Below, one piece after another: positions 20,243 to 30,174 of a DNA stretch of 64,000 nucleotides. Made by a program: the position numbers and the translations under genes. Below the pieces are notes generated by a model. It saw only the letters and a list, made by a program, of their open reading frames with translations. It searched no databases and had not been told where the DNA came from. Each line of letters begins with the position of its first letter. The stretch's first letter is position 1. This stretch comes from Dehalococcoidia bacterium (GTDB lineage: Bacteria; Chloroflexota; Dehalococcoidia; Plut-88900): assembly GCA_965207225.1 (NCBI GenBank), contig CBDBLV010000005.1:1-64000 (forward strand), read 5' to 3'.

Positions 20243-21331
20243 ATGAAATTCGGGTATTTCAACCAGCTGCAGATGCCGAAGCCGTGGCCCGAGAACGCGG
20301 AGGCTAAGCTCTACAAAGAGGCAATGGCCGAGGCGGTCTTGGCGGAGGAGGTCGGGTTTGAATATTACTGGCAGACGGAGCACCACTTCTACCCGGAGAT
20401 AGGACACAGCTCCGCGCCCGAACTTTTCCTGGCGGCCCTGGCCCAGCACACTTCCAAGATAAGGCTGGGGCTGGGTGTGGTCGTGCTACCCTGCAACCAC
20501 CCCTTCCGCGTGGTGGAGTTCGTATCGACGCTCGACATTCTGTCGGGCGGACGGGTGGAGATGGGTACGGGGCGGGGGGCGTCGGTCTACCACTCCGAGG
20601 CCTTTGGCTATGATGCCGAGGGGGCGAAGGAACTGTGGGACGAGTCGATCCAGGTGATTGCCTCAATGTTCGTTGATGACCCGTTTCCCGGGTGGAAGGG
20701 GACACACTACGACCTTCCACAGCGGGACCTGGTGCCCAAGCCGATACAGAAGCCCCACCCGCCCATGTGGCTGGCGGCAACCCAGCCCGCTACGTTTGCC
20801 AAGGCGGCGCGGATGGGGCTCGGGATCCTGGGTTTCAGTGCCATTGAACCGGAGAAGATGGTACCCGCGATCAACGCATACAAAGACGCCATGTCCGAGT
20901 GCGAGCCCGTAGGCGGATACGCGAATCACCAGATAGCGGCCTTTGCCATCAGTAACGTGGACTCCAATTACGCGGTGGGTCGGGACAAGGCGTGCGCGGC
21001 GGCCAGGTGGTACTTCGGGGACAACGATGTGCCTCTGCAGAAGCTCCGCTTCGGGAGCCACGGGGGCAAGTACTACGAGGAGGCCGCAGGCGGGAAACGA
21101 CAGGGCGTGCTAGAGTCGATACTGAACCGCACCAACGACGAGTTGATCGATGACGGGATAGTGATAGGCGGTGACCTGGACTCGACGTGCCGGGGAATCG
21201 AGAAGTGGATGGGCCTCGGCGTTGATCAGCTTCTGTTCATGGTCCAGGCCGGAGAGACGACCCACGAGGACACCATGCGGGCCCTGGACACCTTCGGCAA
21301 CAAGGTGCTGCCGAAGTTTCGGGAGAAATAG
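20243..21331 (+). CDS. LLM-class flavin-dependent oxidoreductase
   Basis: WQTEHHF, SSAPELFLAALA, DILSGGRVEMGTGRG, PKPIQKPHPP. Confidence 0.93.
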   Translation: MKFGYFNQLQMPKPWPENAEAKLYKEAMAEAVLAEEVGFEYYWQTEHHFYPEIGHSSAPELFLAALAQHTSKIRLGLGVVVLPCNHPFRVVEFVSTLDILSGGRVEMGTGRGASVYHSEAFGYDAEGAKELWDESIQVIASMFVDDPFPGWKGTHYDLPQRDLVPKPIQKPHPPMWLAATQPATFAKAARMGLGILGFSAIEPEKMVPAINAYKDAMSECEPVGGYANHQIAAFAISNVDSNYAVGRDKACAAARWYFGDNDVPLQKLRFGSHGGKYYEEAAGGKRQGVLESILNRTNDELIDDGIVIGGDLDSTCRGIEKWMGLGVDQLLFMVQAGETTHEDTMRALDTFGNKVLPKFREK

Positions 21332-21397
21332 GACCCTCTCTTGCTCCTATTATTGGATTCCAATTGCGACTAATGACTCCTATCATCCTATAGGAGA

Positions 21398-22084
21398 ATG
21401 ATAATGGCACGTTTCCGCACAGTTATGAAATGGGTAGCGAGATGGATAGTATTGATATCACTTTGGCTGGCGGATGCACTGATTTGGCTAATGTTAACGA
21501 CTCGCCGAGATGAACGTCGAATCCGCGCAACGGAACGAATACCCTGGTCCAAGGGGCTAAAGCATAGGTTGATGAGGCGACAAAATAATATCTGTGTTTA
21601 TTGTGGCAATCGAAGAACTGCTCCTAGTTTTGACATTGACCATATTGTTCCCGTTGTCAGAGGAGGTTCTAACGAAGAAAGTAATCTCCAAGTTATCTGT
21701 AAACCATGTAATCAGCGAAAAGGTCTCCAAACAGACGAAGAGTTCCGGGCTCGATACGCCAGATTGGTCCCTCGAAGACAAATGACGCCGCCAAGACGAC
21801 GCATAACGCAGGGTGAGTTTAGAGAAGAGACGCGACGTACAACGCAGGCGGACGCCGTTCGAGCATTTAGGAAGACGCGCTTTATTTCCAAGCGCAGCAA
21901 AGTCGTTAGCGGTTGCCTCATTCTAGGAGGAATAATTGCCCTCAGCGTCTTTATAGCCCTGGCTCAAGCCGGTGCTGGAGGAGGCATAGTACTGTTGCTT
22001 GCGCTAATCTTTGGTGGAGCTGCAGCATTCGGTGTCTGGCTGCGAGCACACATGACTGGTGCCATGATAGAAGATGAGGCGTGA
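21398..22084 (+). CDS. HNH endonuclease-domain protein with TM segments
   Basis: CVYC...IDHIVPVVRGGSNEESNLQVICKPCN; hydrophobic N-terminal and two C-terminal helices. Confidence 0.85.
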   Translation: MIMARFRTVMKWVARWIVLISLWLADALIWLMLTTRRDERRIRATERIPWSKGLKHRLMRRQNNICVYCGNRRTAPSFDIDHIVPVVRGGSNEESNLQVICKPCNQRKGLQTDEEFRARYARLVPRRQMTPPRRRITQGEFREETRRTTQADAVRAFRKTRFISKRSKVVSGCLILGGIIALSVFIALAQAGAGGGIVLLLALIFGGAAAFGVWLRAHMTGAMIEDEA

Positions 22085-22119
22085 CGGGAAGGGCAATTGT
22101 AGACAGAGAGCCAGCTACG

Positions 22120-23490
22120 CTACGAAGCTGCCTGAAGAAGCTTCTCCGCCGTTCTCTGCCCCTGCTGAAACACAACTTCCTCGTCGACCACGGTATGGCG
22201 ACCGTTCTTTATGACTATCCGGCCGTCGACCAGGACGGTGTCTACGTTGCGGGTGAGACTGTAGAGCGCAATATCCCGCTCGACGTGGTATATGGGGTAG
22301 TTCCAGGGATCGTCGAGGGAACGGATAATAATGTCGGCCCTTTTGCCGGGCTCCAGGCTGCCGACGATGTGGTCGGCCTTCAGGGCCCGGGCCCCGTTGA
22401 TGGTCTGGATTTTCAGCAGGTCGTCGGGGTAGAGTACCTGGCCCTCCTCCCGGGCCATGTTGTAGGCCAGCAGGGTGTTCTGGCCGAAGACCCAGGTCTT
22501 GTTCACGTCCAGCCCAAACCCGACGTTCAGGCCCCGGTGATAGAGCTCCGGGATGCGGTTGGGGAAGTTGCGGCGCTGCCCGTAATAGAAAGAGTTGCCC
22601 GGCACCCAGGCGATGGTCAAGCCGGAGTCCAGCACGGGCTGCATTTCGGGTTCTCTGATAACGTTGCTGTGTATGAACAGGCATCTGGAGTCCAGGACTC
22701 CCTTCTCCGCCCAGTGGATATAGGCGGGCCGACCGTCTCGCTGGGAGTCTCCATCGGACATAGACTGGTGAGAATTGAAGGTCACGTCGTTCTCGTCGGC
22801 GCAGGCCTTGGCGGCTTCCATCAACTCGTCGGTCTGGGTGCCGCTGCCATAGATGGCGACATGGCCGCGGACGAGGGTGTCGGGATCGGTGTTCCGCTTT
22901 AGCTCGCCGCCCAGGAGGGACAGGGAACGCTTGGTGTCAAAGGGGGCGCGGTTGATGTTCAAGTGGCCCTCGCCCCCGACATCCATGAGCCACGGGTCCC
23001 CGACCCAGGCCCGGATCCCAAGAGCGTTGCATGCATCGGCGACTGCGTCGGTGCTGTGTACGGTGCCGGGCTCGGTGAAGGAGGTGAACCCATTGCGCAG
23101 CATGTCCAGGCCGGCCAGCATGGCGCTAGCGTGCTCCTCCTCATCGCCGAGGGCGTTGAAGAAGCGCTCATAGCGGCTGGCGATCCACTTTCCCGCACCT
23201 GCGGAGGAGGCCACTCCGTCCTCCAGCAGCTTACTGGGCAAGCGGCCCGAGACGTGGTAGTGGAGGTCGATGTAGCCCGGATGGACAGCCCCGCCCCGAG
23301 CGTCGAGGGTGCGGAGAGGTTTGAACCGGGAAGTGAGCTCAGAGTCAGGGCCGACGGCAACGATATTGCGGCCCCGGACGGCGATGGCGCCGTTTGGGTG
23401 CTTGGAGTTATCAGCGTCCATAGTGATGACGTAGGCGTTGCAGATGAGGAGGTCACATCTCTCGGGGGCGGTTTCGTCAACGTTGGACAT
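22120..23490 (-). CDS. Amidohydrolase (chlorohydrolase/deaminase-like)
   Basis: PGYIDLHYH, GLD, GSLEPGKRAD. Confidence 0.9.
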   Translation of the reverse strand: MSNVDETAPERCDLLICNAYVITMDADNSKHPNGAIAVRGRNIVAVGPDSELTSRFKPLRTLDARGGAVHPGYIDLHYHVSGRLPSKLLEDGVASSAGAGKWIASRYERFFNALGDEEEHASAMLAGLDMLRNGFTSFTEPGTVHSTDAVADACNALGIRAWVGDPWLMDVGGEGHLNINRAPFDTKRSLSLLGGELKRNTDPDTLVRGHVAIYGSGTQTDELMEAAKACADENDVTFNSHQSMSDGDSQRDGRPAYIHWAEKGVLDSRCLFIHSNVIREPEMQPVLDSGLTIAWVPGNSFYYGQRRNFPNRIPELYHRGLNVGFGLDVNKTWVFGQNTLLAYNMAREEGQVLYPDDLLKIQTINGARALKADHIVGSLEPGKRADIIIRSLDDPWNYPIYHVERDIALYSLTRNVDTVLVDGRIVIKNGRHTVVDEEVVFQQGQRTAEKLLQAAS

Positions 23491-23529
23491 TGATCTCTCC
23501 AGCGAGAACTTATGTGGCTTTGCTGAACG

Positions 23530-23979
23530 CTAGCCCTTGCGCTCGACGGCAAGGAGCTTATTGAGCCGTCGTTGATGTCGCTCTTCGCCCGAGAACTCCG
23601 CCCCAAGAAATGCCGCCACCACTTCTCGGGCCAGCTCCCCCCCGATAATCCGCGCCCCGAGGCAAAGTACATTCATGTCGTCGTGCTCGACCCCCTGGTG
23701 GGCGGAGTAGGTGTCGTGGCACATGCAGGCGCGGACGCCGGTGACCTTGTTGGATGTTACGCAGGCCCCGACCCCGCTGCCGCAGACCATGATGCCCCGT
23801 TGGGCTTCGCCTGATGCTACTGCTCGGGCAACGGCCTCGGCGTAGTCGGGGTAGTCATCGTCTTTGTCGAATTCATGGGCTCCGAAGTCCACTAGCTCAT
23901 GGCCCTGGGCCTGGAGCCAGGGGACGAGCTCCTGCTTGAGGGGCAGTCCTGCGTGGTCGGCGCCTATGGCAATGCGCAC
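23530..23979 (-). CDS. rpiB: Ribose-5-phosphate isomerase B
   Basis: IGADHAG, DYPDYA, CGSGVG, HDDMNVLCLG, RHQRR. Confidence 0.95.
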   Translation of the reverse strand: MRIAIGADHAGLPLKQELVPWLQAQGHELVDFGAHEFDKDDDYPDYAEAVARAVASGEAQRGIMVCGSGVGACVTSNKVTGVRACMCHDTYSAHQGVEHDDMNVLCLGARIIGGELAREVVAAFLGAEFSGEERHQRRLNKLLAVERKG

Positions 23980-24040
23980 GGTTTCAATCTCTCCGTTAAT
24001 AGGGACGCCGTGAAGTATATCGAGACGGGGAGATGCGGGT

Positions 24041-25027
24041 CTAGACCGCCGCCAGTTCGAAGCCGGCGGCGTGCATCTGGCACATGTTCCCGTGCTCCGA
24101 CACGTACCTGTATGCGGAAGTCGCTGCTATCACCCCCTGGGCCGCCGAGGTGATGGTCTGCTTGAGCTCTCCCGTGGCGTCAGTCACGTCACCAGCGGCG
24201 AAGACGCCCGAGACCGTGGTCTCCCCCATCTTGGAGACCCTGATCTCGCCCTGTGAGTTGGTCATCACACCCAGGGGAAGCGCGAGCCGGCTCCTCGGGT
24301 CTGCACCGATCTCGATAAATATTCCATCGACATCCAGCTCTGTTGAGCCTTCGTGGGGTCGATCCAGAGCGATGCGGTCGAGTTTGTCCTCTCCGATGAG
24401 ACCGATGACGTTAGTGCCAGCGATCTGGGCTACGTTCTCGGACTTGTTGACCATTTCGATGTTCACGGGCTCCGGCCGGGTGAGCTGGTCTTTGCGGTAG
24501 ATGAGATAGACCTGCGAGGCGTACTTGCCGAGGAGGACTGCGCCCTTGGCCGCGGCATCTCCACCCCCGACCACGGCGACGGTCTGGTCTCGGTAGAGAG
24601 GGGCGTCGCAGGTGGAGCAGTAGGAGACCCCTTTGCCCAGGAGGTCGGACTCGTTGGGGAGGCCGAGCTTGCGGCGCTCCCGACCCACAGCGAGGATGAT
24701 CGCCGTGCTCTGGTACCGGCCTTCGTGGGCGGTGGAGATAAAGCAGTTGCCGTCGTTCTGGATATTCGTGACCTCATCGGTGACGATTTCAATGTCCAGG
24801 TCCTCTACCTGCTTCTTCATCGCCAGCATCAGGTCAAAACCGTCGATATGGGAGATGCCGGGGTAGTTTTCGATGATGCTGCCGGTGGCGGTCTCACCCC
24901 CGAACTCGTCACCTATGACCAGGGTTTTCATCTGGTATCGCGCCGAGTAAAGGGCCGCCCCGAAGGCCGAGGCCCCCTGCCCGATTATCACTACGTCGTA
25001 CGCGTTCTTGCTCCTGTTTCTTGCCAT
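24041..25027 (-). CDS. trxB: Thioredoxin-disulfide reductase
   Basis: GQGASA, GVSYCSTCD, VGGGDAA, GVFAAGD. Confidence 0.88.
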   Translation of the reverse strand: MARNRSKNAYDVVIIGQGASAFGAALYSARYQMKTLVIGDEFGGETATGSIIENYPGISHIDGFDLMLAMKKQVEDLDIEIVTDEVTNIQNDGNCFISTAHEGRYQSTAIILAVGRERRKLGLPNESDLLGKGVSYCSTCDAPLYRDQTVAVVGGGDAAAKGAVLLGKYASQVYLIYRKDQLTRPEPVNIEMVNKSENVAQIAGTNVIGLIGEDKLDRIALDRPHEGSTELDVDGIFIEIGADPRSRLALPLGVMTNSQGEIRVSKMGETTVSGVFAAGDVTDATGELKQTITSAAQGVIAATSAYRYVSEHGNMCQMHAAGFELAAV

Positions 25028-25159
25028 GATAGTTGCTCCGGGATATGGGTCTTCTTCGGTATAGGGTCGCGTGGTCCTCAATACAAATGATAACTCACAC
25101 GCGTTTGAGCAACCGAGGGCAAGGCAAATATGGGGGTTTCAAGGGAAACTCAGGAGCAG

Positions 25160-25714
25160 CTATGAAGACGGGAAGATGTGTGCCAAGTCGAGGGCGAGGC
25201 CGGGGAGGGTCGGGGAAGAGAGGGTGTCAGGGACAGCGAATTGGCCGGCCTCCTGAAATTCTTTGCCGTGGAGGGCTAATACGGAGATGGTGTGGGTGTC
25301 AGGATCGACCAGCCAGTACTCCCGGACGCCGCTTTCAGCATAGATCTCCCGTTTTGATTCTCGGTCTTTGCTCGCCGTGGACGGTGATATGACTTCTACG
25401 ACCAAGGCAGGCACCCCTTGTATGTTGACCTCAGTGATGATGGACTGCTGCTCGCTGGAGACAAAGACAATGTCTGGCTGTAGTACGTTGGTTTGGGAGA
25501 GAAGAACGTCATAGGGAGCAATGAACACTTCACCGAGTCCCCTTTGCTCAACGAAGTCTCCAAGAATACGGGCCAAGCGGAAAGTAATTCTCTGATGTGT
25601 AGTATTGGGGCCGGGTACCATAAACAATTCTCCGCGGAGGAGCTCCCACCGCTCATCGTCGGGGGTGTCGAGGTAGTCCTCGTAGGTCAGGGAAGCGGGT
25701 CGGGTTTCAACCAT
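25160..25714 (-). CDS. Uma2 family endonuclease
   Basis: LTYEDY..PDDERWELLRG, QPD, LVVEVISPST, GVREYWLVDP. Confidence 0.92.
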   Translation of the reverse strand: MVETRPASLTYEDYLDTPDDERWELLRGELFMVPGPNTTHQRITFRLARILGDFVEQRGLGEVFIAPYDVLLSQTNVLQPDIVFVSSEQQSIITEVNIQGVPALVVEVISPSTASKDRESKREIYAESGVREYWLVDPDTHTISVLALHGKEFQEAGQFAVPDTLSSPTLPGLALDLAHIFPSS

Positions 25715-25735
25715 TGGGGAGGGGTCCTGTCGGGG

Positions 25736-26800
25736 CTAGGTGGTTTCTATTTGGAGGTCGTCTGGGGAGTAGCCGAATTGGATGAGGAGCTTATGGCACA
25801 TTGACTTTAGTTGATCCTTGGTCCGGTTGGTATAAACATACCATCCAGAGTCACCGATGGGTTTGGGGCGATTTGCTGGGGTTGAATTTCCGTCCAAATG
25901 CCAACCCCCGAGCCTGCCCACTTTGCTAAATTCAGTTCTGTGTCGCTCGTATACCGCTTCGCCCAATCTTACCAGTACATTGCTCCAGTATCTGACTTCA
26001 AACCTCTCTCCACAAAACATGAAGCTCACAGGGTTTGGGCCTTTGCTTCTATGAGGATATCGGGAGTCTGGCCCCTGCATGCCAAATTGAGTAGGAGTTG
26101 GGAAAGGTATGGACATCAGCGGTGTGGGCGTCGACTTTGGTAAACCGGACAGGAAGCGCTTTATCTGATCCAGGCTGGCCCCAAAGCCACACAACTCCAT
26201 CACCTTTTGATTGAGCAGAGCTAAGAACTGGTCATCAGGATCGGTAATGAGCTGATTCCACGCCTTGGGCAAGGCTTCTTCGATCTTCTTGTCCTGCCAC
26301 AATCTATACAGGTTACCTTCGGCCAACCCTACGGCAACGCCGGAGCGGACACTCTCCTTGGACAGGAAGTCTATTAGGCTATCCGTCGTTTGCGAGACAT
26401 CAGGATGTCGCAGCTCTATTACGCTAAACCGTCTTTCCTCCCAGCTTCCTTCCTGCAAGGGCAGATAAAACCACCAAGTTAGGCCGTTAGTGAGAACTGC
26501 CAGGGGCACTCCTTCTCTAAATGAATAGTCAAGCAGTTGCGGAGCGTGGTTACCAAGGTCTTCGCTGGGCCTTTTGGCTTCCAGAAATACTCTGTCTCTG
26601 CCATCGAGGCGTAGTGCATAGTCGACTTTTCGGCTTCCCACGGAGTGTTCGGGTTTCACTTCTTCGATATCAAAGGTGTCCCAGCCCAGGGCATTTAGGA
26701 CACGCAATATGACGCCTTGCTTGACAGCAGCTTCGTCTAGGGCCGGGATTGATGAATTGGACCGGATACGTTCTATCTCGGCTGTTAGGCGGTCGTTCAT
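25736..26800 (-). CDS. Type I restriction HsdR N-terminal-like (PD-(D/E)XK) nuclease with extra C-terminal domain
   Basis: EAAVKQGVILRVLNALGWD, VDYAL, EAKR, QLLDYSF, LTNGLTW. Confidence 0.8.
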   Translation of the reverse strand: MNDRLTAEIERIRSNSSIPALDEAAVKQGVILRVLNALGWDTFDIEEVKPEHSVGSRKVDYALRLDGRDRVFLEAKRPSEDLGNHAPQLLDYSFREGVPLAVLTNGLTWWFYLPLQEGSWEERRFSVIELRHPDVSQTTDSLIDFLSKESVRSGVAVGLAEGNLYRLWQDKKIEEALPKAWNQLITDPDDQFLALLNQKVMELCGFGASLDQIKRFLSGLPKSTPTPLMSIPFPTPTQFGMQGPDSRYPHRSKGPNPVSFMFCGERFEVRYWSNVLVRLGEAVYERHRTEFSKVGRLGGWHLDGNSTPANRPKPIGDSGWYVYTNRTKDQLKSMCHKLLIQFGYSPDDLQIETT

Positions 26801-26848
26801 AGTCGCATTTCTGGACGGGGTGGTGGTGGGTGGGGCCAAGTATACTCC

Positions 26849-26968
26849 ATGTTATTGCAACGCAATTTCGAGACCATCTATAGACACCTTGTCGACGAAT
26901 GGGTAATGTATGACAACTTGGGAACGCCGCCCGTACTCCTGGCAGAAGGAGGGCTAGCTAGTGATTGA
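26849..26968 (+). pseudogene. C-terminal remnant of a zeta-toxin-like/AAA ATPase gene
   Basis: Translates as RNFETIYRHLVDEWVMYDNLGTPPVLLAEG, matching the recalled C-terminus of that family; the P-loop part is absent. Confidence 0.55.
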
Positions 26969-27179
26969 ACAGACGGATACAGTGGACGAAAAGCCAATGA
27001 ACGCCGACAACGCAGCTGCGCTGGCCGCACTGCAGAGGGCTGCCATAAAGGCACGTCACCACACCTTGGCTCTCAATGGCTCGGTTCTGATTCGGAAGGA
27101 CGGTGAGTATGTATATGAGTCGGACCCCACCGTCCTATTCCCGGAAGGGATGGGTGACGAGCCAACCCCCCAACCCTAA
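26961..27179 (+). CDS. Small hypothetical protein (likely partner of the zeta-like ATPase)
   Basis: ALQRAAIKAR...VLIRKDG; GGAGG RBS; overlaps the remnant stop. Confidence 0.55.
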   Translation: MIEQTDTVDEKPMNADNAAALAALQRAAIKARHHTLALNGSVLIRKDGEYVYESDPTVLFPEGMGDEPTPQP

Positions 27180-27203
27180 CGGCTTCATCATAAGGAGCTT
27201 CCC

Positions 27204-28409
27204 ATGAGCCTGGTACTGAAGAATGTCAACATCATCGATGCCACCACCCCCGAGGTCCGGACCGAACGCAATGTGCTTGTCGAGGACGGAGTCATCCGGC
27301 AGGTCACCTCGGGCCCGGCCCCCGACGCCGACCAGGTGGTAGACATGGACGGGGCGTACGTGCTGCCGGGGCTTTGGGATGTCCACACGCACCTGAACAA
27401 GGGCACCTACGGCCCGGAATCGGTTGAGGAGGAGGCCCTTGACCTCGTGCCGCGGGTGCTGGAATACGCCCGGAACAGCATGGATGCTCTCAGCATGGGC
27501 GTCACGTCCCTGCGTACGGTCGGGGTGCAGGAGTGGGCGGATGTTGCGCTACGGGACGCGTTCTCGGCGGGTAAGTTCAAAGGGCCAAGGCTATTCTGCG
27601 GGGGCCATGCCCTGAACACCACCGCGGGCCACATGGCCGACGTCGACAAGCCCATCGACGGCCCGGTCGCCATGGTGAAAGCCGTCCGCAACGAGATCAT
27701 GCACTACGTCAACCACATCAAGCTGGTGACGACCGGCGGGATCATAGGCACGGGCCACGACGTGATGACGAACATCACCTGGCTGAGGGGCGAGGTGGAA
27801 GCCGCGTTAGCTATAGCCAAGCAGAGGGGCGTCCCCGCGGCCGTCCACGCCACTGTGCCCGAGGCCATAAAGTGGGCAGTGAGTGCGGGATGCCGGTCAA
27901 TAGAGCACGGCTACGTGATGGATGAAGAGGCAGCCAAAATGATGGCTGAGACCGGCACCTATTACGTTCCCACCCTGGCCCTGAGCCACCTCACCCCCGA
28001 GCAGGCCGACTCCGAAGGCGCTATTGCATATTGCCAGCACCACCCCCTTCCCGACGAGTTCCGGGAGCGGGCCAACTTCTTCGCACCCATACATGATGAG
28101 TCTTTCCGAATTGCGCTGGATGCGGGCGTAAAGATAGCCAGCGGCTCCGACCAGGGGCCGCCGGGAGAAGCAGCGCTGATGGAGATCGAGAAGCTGTCTA
28201 AGGTGGGGCTCGGGCCTTACGGTGCGATTGTCGCAGCTACGCAGACGTCGGCGGAGGTATGCGGGGCGGCGGACAAGCTCGGGACCATAGAGCCAGGCAA
28301 GTTCGCCGACTTCATCGCCATCGATACCAACCCCCTGGAAAACATAGAGAACTTGCGCAGACTGCAGTTAGTCGTGGCCCGGGGCGAGGTGGCGGTGGAC
28401 AAGCGGTAG
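27204..28409 (+). CDS. Amidohydrolase_1 family (prolidase-like)
   Basis: PGLWDVHTH, IKLVTTGG, AVHA, SIEHG, GSD. Confidence 0.92.
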   Translation: MSLVLKNVNIIDATTPEVRTERNVLVEDGVIRQVTSGPAPDADQVVDMDGAYVLPGLWDVHTHLNKGTYGPESVEEEALDLVPRVLEYARNSMDALSMGVTSLRTVGVQEWADVALRDAFSAGKFKGPRLFCGGHALNTTAGHMADVDKPIDGPVAMVKAVRNEIMHYVNHIKLVTTGGIIGTGHDVMTNITWLRGEVEAALAIAKQRGVPAAVHATVPEAIKWAVSAGCRSIEHGYVMDEEAAKMMAETGTYYVPTLALSHLTPEQADSEGAIAYCQHHPLPDEFRERANFFAPIHDESFRIALDAGVKIASGSDQGPPGEAALMEIEKLSKVGLGPYGAIVAATQTSAEVCGAADKLGTIEPGKFADFIAIDTNPLENIENLRRLQLVVARGEVAVDKR

Positions 28410-28412
28410 GAG

Positions 28413-29912
28413 TCACCGCCGGGTACGGGCCAGCGACTTATCCCCCATCCCGACCTTGTGATGTGCCGACCCGTGCATCGCTGATAGAAGCATCGAGAAT
28501 AGCAGGATGCTTCCGCCTATCAGGTAGGCTCTATTCAGGCCCGACACAAAGGCGTCGTAGGCTCCCTCGGAGATAACGTCCAGCCTCGGTTGGTGACCGA
28601 AGGACGTCATGATGATGGTGACTACAGTGGTGGCCACGGCTATGCCGGTGATGTTGGCGGAGGTGCGGATCACGTTGAGCAGCGCTGCCACTATCCCGAA
28701 ATTGGACTGCGGCTGATCGCTCATAATCGTAGTGCCGTTGGCTGCATTGAACAGCCCCGACCCGATGCCCGCCAGCACCAGGCACATGAGCACGTAGCCG
28801 GTGGAGGAGTCGGCGGAGATCCGGGATAGGGAGAGGAGAGCTGCGGCTTCGAATGCCTGCCCCGCAGTCGCAATAGCCCGGCTTCCAAAACGGTCCGAAA
28901 GGTAGCCGCTTAACGGGCCGAGAAGTCCCATACATAGGGCGCCCGGCGCGAATATCAGACCGGCCCGGAATGGTGAATAGCCCATTACCTGGATGATGAA
29001 AAAGGGCATAAGGAATGCCACCGAAGAGCTTGCGAAGAAGTTTAAGAAGCGTGCCGAGGCCCCCATGGAGAAGCGCCAGCTCCTAAAGAGGCCCAGATTC
29101 AGCATCGGGTGGCTGTTCCTCATTTGCCACCAGATGAAAGCCGAAAACAGCAGCACGGAGGCTGTAAAACTAATGATGATAGGGGGAGAGCTCCAGCCGA
29201 ACCTGTGGCCGTTGCTCATCCCCATCAATAGGCCAAGAAATGCCCCCGCGGACAGTCCGGCCCCTACCCAATCGAAATTGCGCCAACTCGCGGCGGCCCC
29301 CGAGCTCGGCACCATTGGCTTGAAGGCAAGGAGAGCAAGGAACAACGCAATCACACCTAGGGGTATGTTCGCCAGAAAGACCGCCCGCCACCCGACGAAA
29401 TGCACCAGCAGGCCTCCGATTGTGGGCCCCGACGTAAGCCCCGACCCTATTATCGCCGTGTAAAGCCCTATGGACTTCCCGCGCTCGCTTTCCGGGAAGT
29501 TGGACGAAATTATGGCCATGCCGTTGCCCTGGATTCCGGCGACGCCGATTCCCTGGATTACCTTCCCAATCACGACTATGGGAAATACGGGAGCAAACCC
29601 ACCCACCGCCGCCCCGATCATGTTGATGACCCAACCCAACAGGAAGACCTTCCTGCGCCCGATTATGTCCGCGAGTCGTCCGACCGGCATGAACATGCTC
29701 GCAGTGGTAAGAACATAGGCCAGGTATATCCACTGGACAGTGGGTATGTCCCGACTGAACTCCTCGGAGATCACGGGAAGGGCGATGCTGACCCCGGCCT
29801 GATCAACAACCGTAAGGTAGGTGCCGAAGGCTACCGCGGCGTACACCCACCACTTGTGGTTCGGGCTTTCGACCACGGCCCTGGCCGGGCCGGGGAGGGC
29901 TATCGAGAACAT
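28413..29912 (-). CDS. MFS transporter, DHA2/EmrB-like (14 TM)
   Basis: VSIALP, GRLADIIGRRK, GWRAVFLANIPLG. Confidence 0.92.
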   Translation of the reverse strand: MFSIALPGPARAVVESPNHKWWVYAAVAFGTYLTVVDQAGVSIALPVISEEFSRDIPTVQWIYLAYVLTTASMFMPVGRLADIIGRRKVFLLGWVINMIGAAVGGFAPVFPIVVIGKVIQGIGVAGIQGNGMAIISSNFPESERGKSIGLYTAIIGSGLTSGPTIGGLLVHFVGWRAVFLANIPLGVIALFLALLAFKPMVPSSGAAASWRNFDWVGAGLSAGAFLGLLMGMSNGHRFGWSSPPIIISFTASVLLFSAFIWWQMRNSHPMLNLGLFRSWRFSMGASARFLNFFASSSVAFLMPFFIIQVMGYSPFRAGLIFAPGALCMGLLGPLSGYLSDRFGSRAIATAGQAFEAAALLSLSRISADSSTGYVLMCLVLAGIGSGLFNAANGTTIMSDQPQSNFGIVAALLNVIRTSANITGIAVATTVVTIIMTSFGHQPRLDVISEGAYDAFVSGLNRAYLIGGSILLFSMLLSAMHGSAHHKVGMGDKSLARTRR

Positions 29913-29924
29913 GCGGAGTGCGGG

Positions 29925-30158
29925 CTACCCATCGCCGGGCTGAGGCCCGTTTTCTTCGATGTCGGGTGGCTCGGGCGTGGGTTCCGGGGCGAGGGGCATC
30001 ATGACGGCGAGGAAGAGGTAGAGGAGCACAGAGAAGCCTGCGAAGAAGAGGAAGACGATGAAGATGGTGCGGACTATAGCGGGGTCCGTGCCGAAGTGCT
30101 CCCCGAGCCCCCCGGCGACTCCCCATATCCTGCGATTTGTTCGGCTTCTGTAGAGCAT
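29925..30158 (-). CDS. PspC domain protein
   Basis: LYRSRTNRRIWGVAGGLGEHFGTDP plus TM. Confidence 0.88.
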   Translation of the reverse strand: MLYRSRTNRRIWGVAGGLGEHFGTDPAIVRTIFIVFLFFAGFSVLLYLFLAVMMPLAPEPTPEPPDIEENGPQPGDG

Positions 30159-30174
30159 GGCTGATGTCAGGAGC

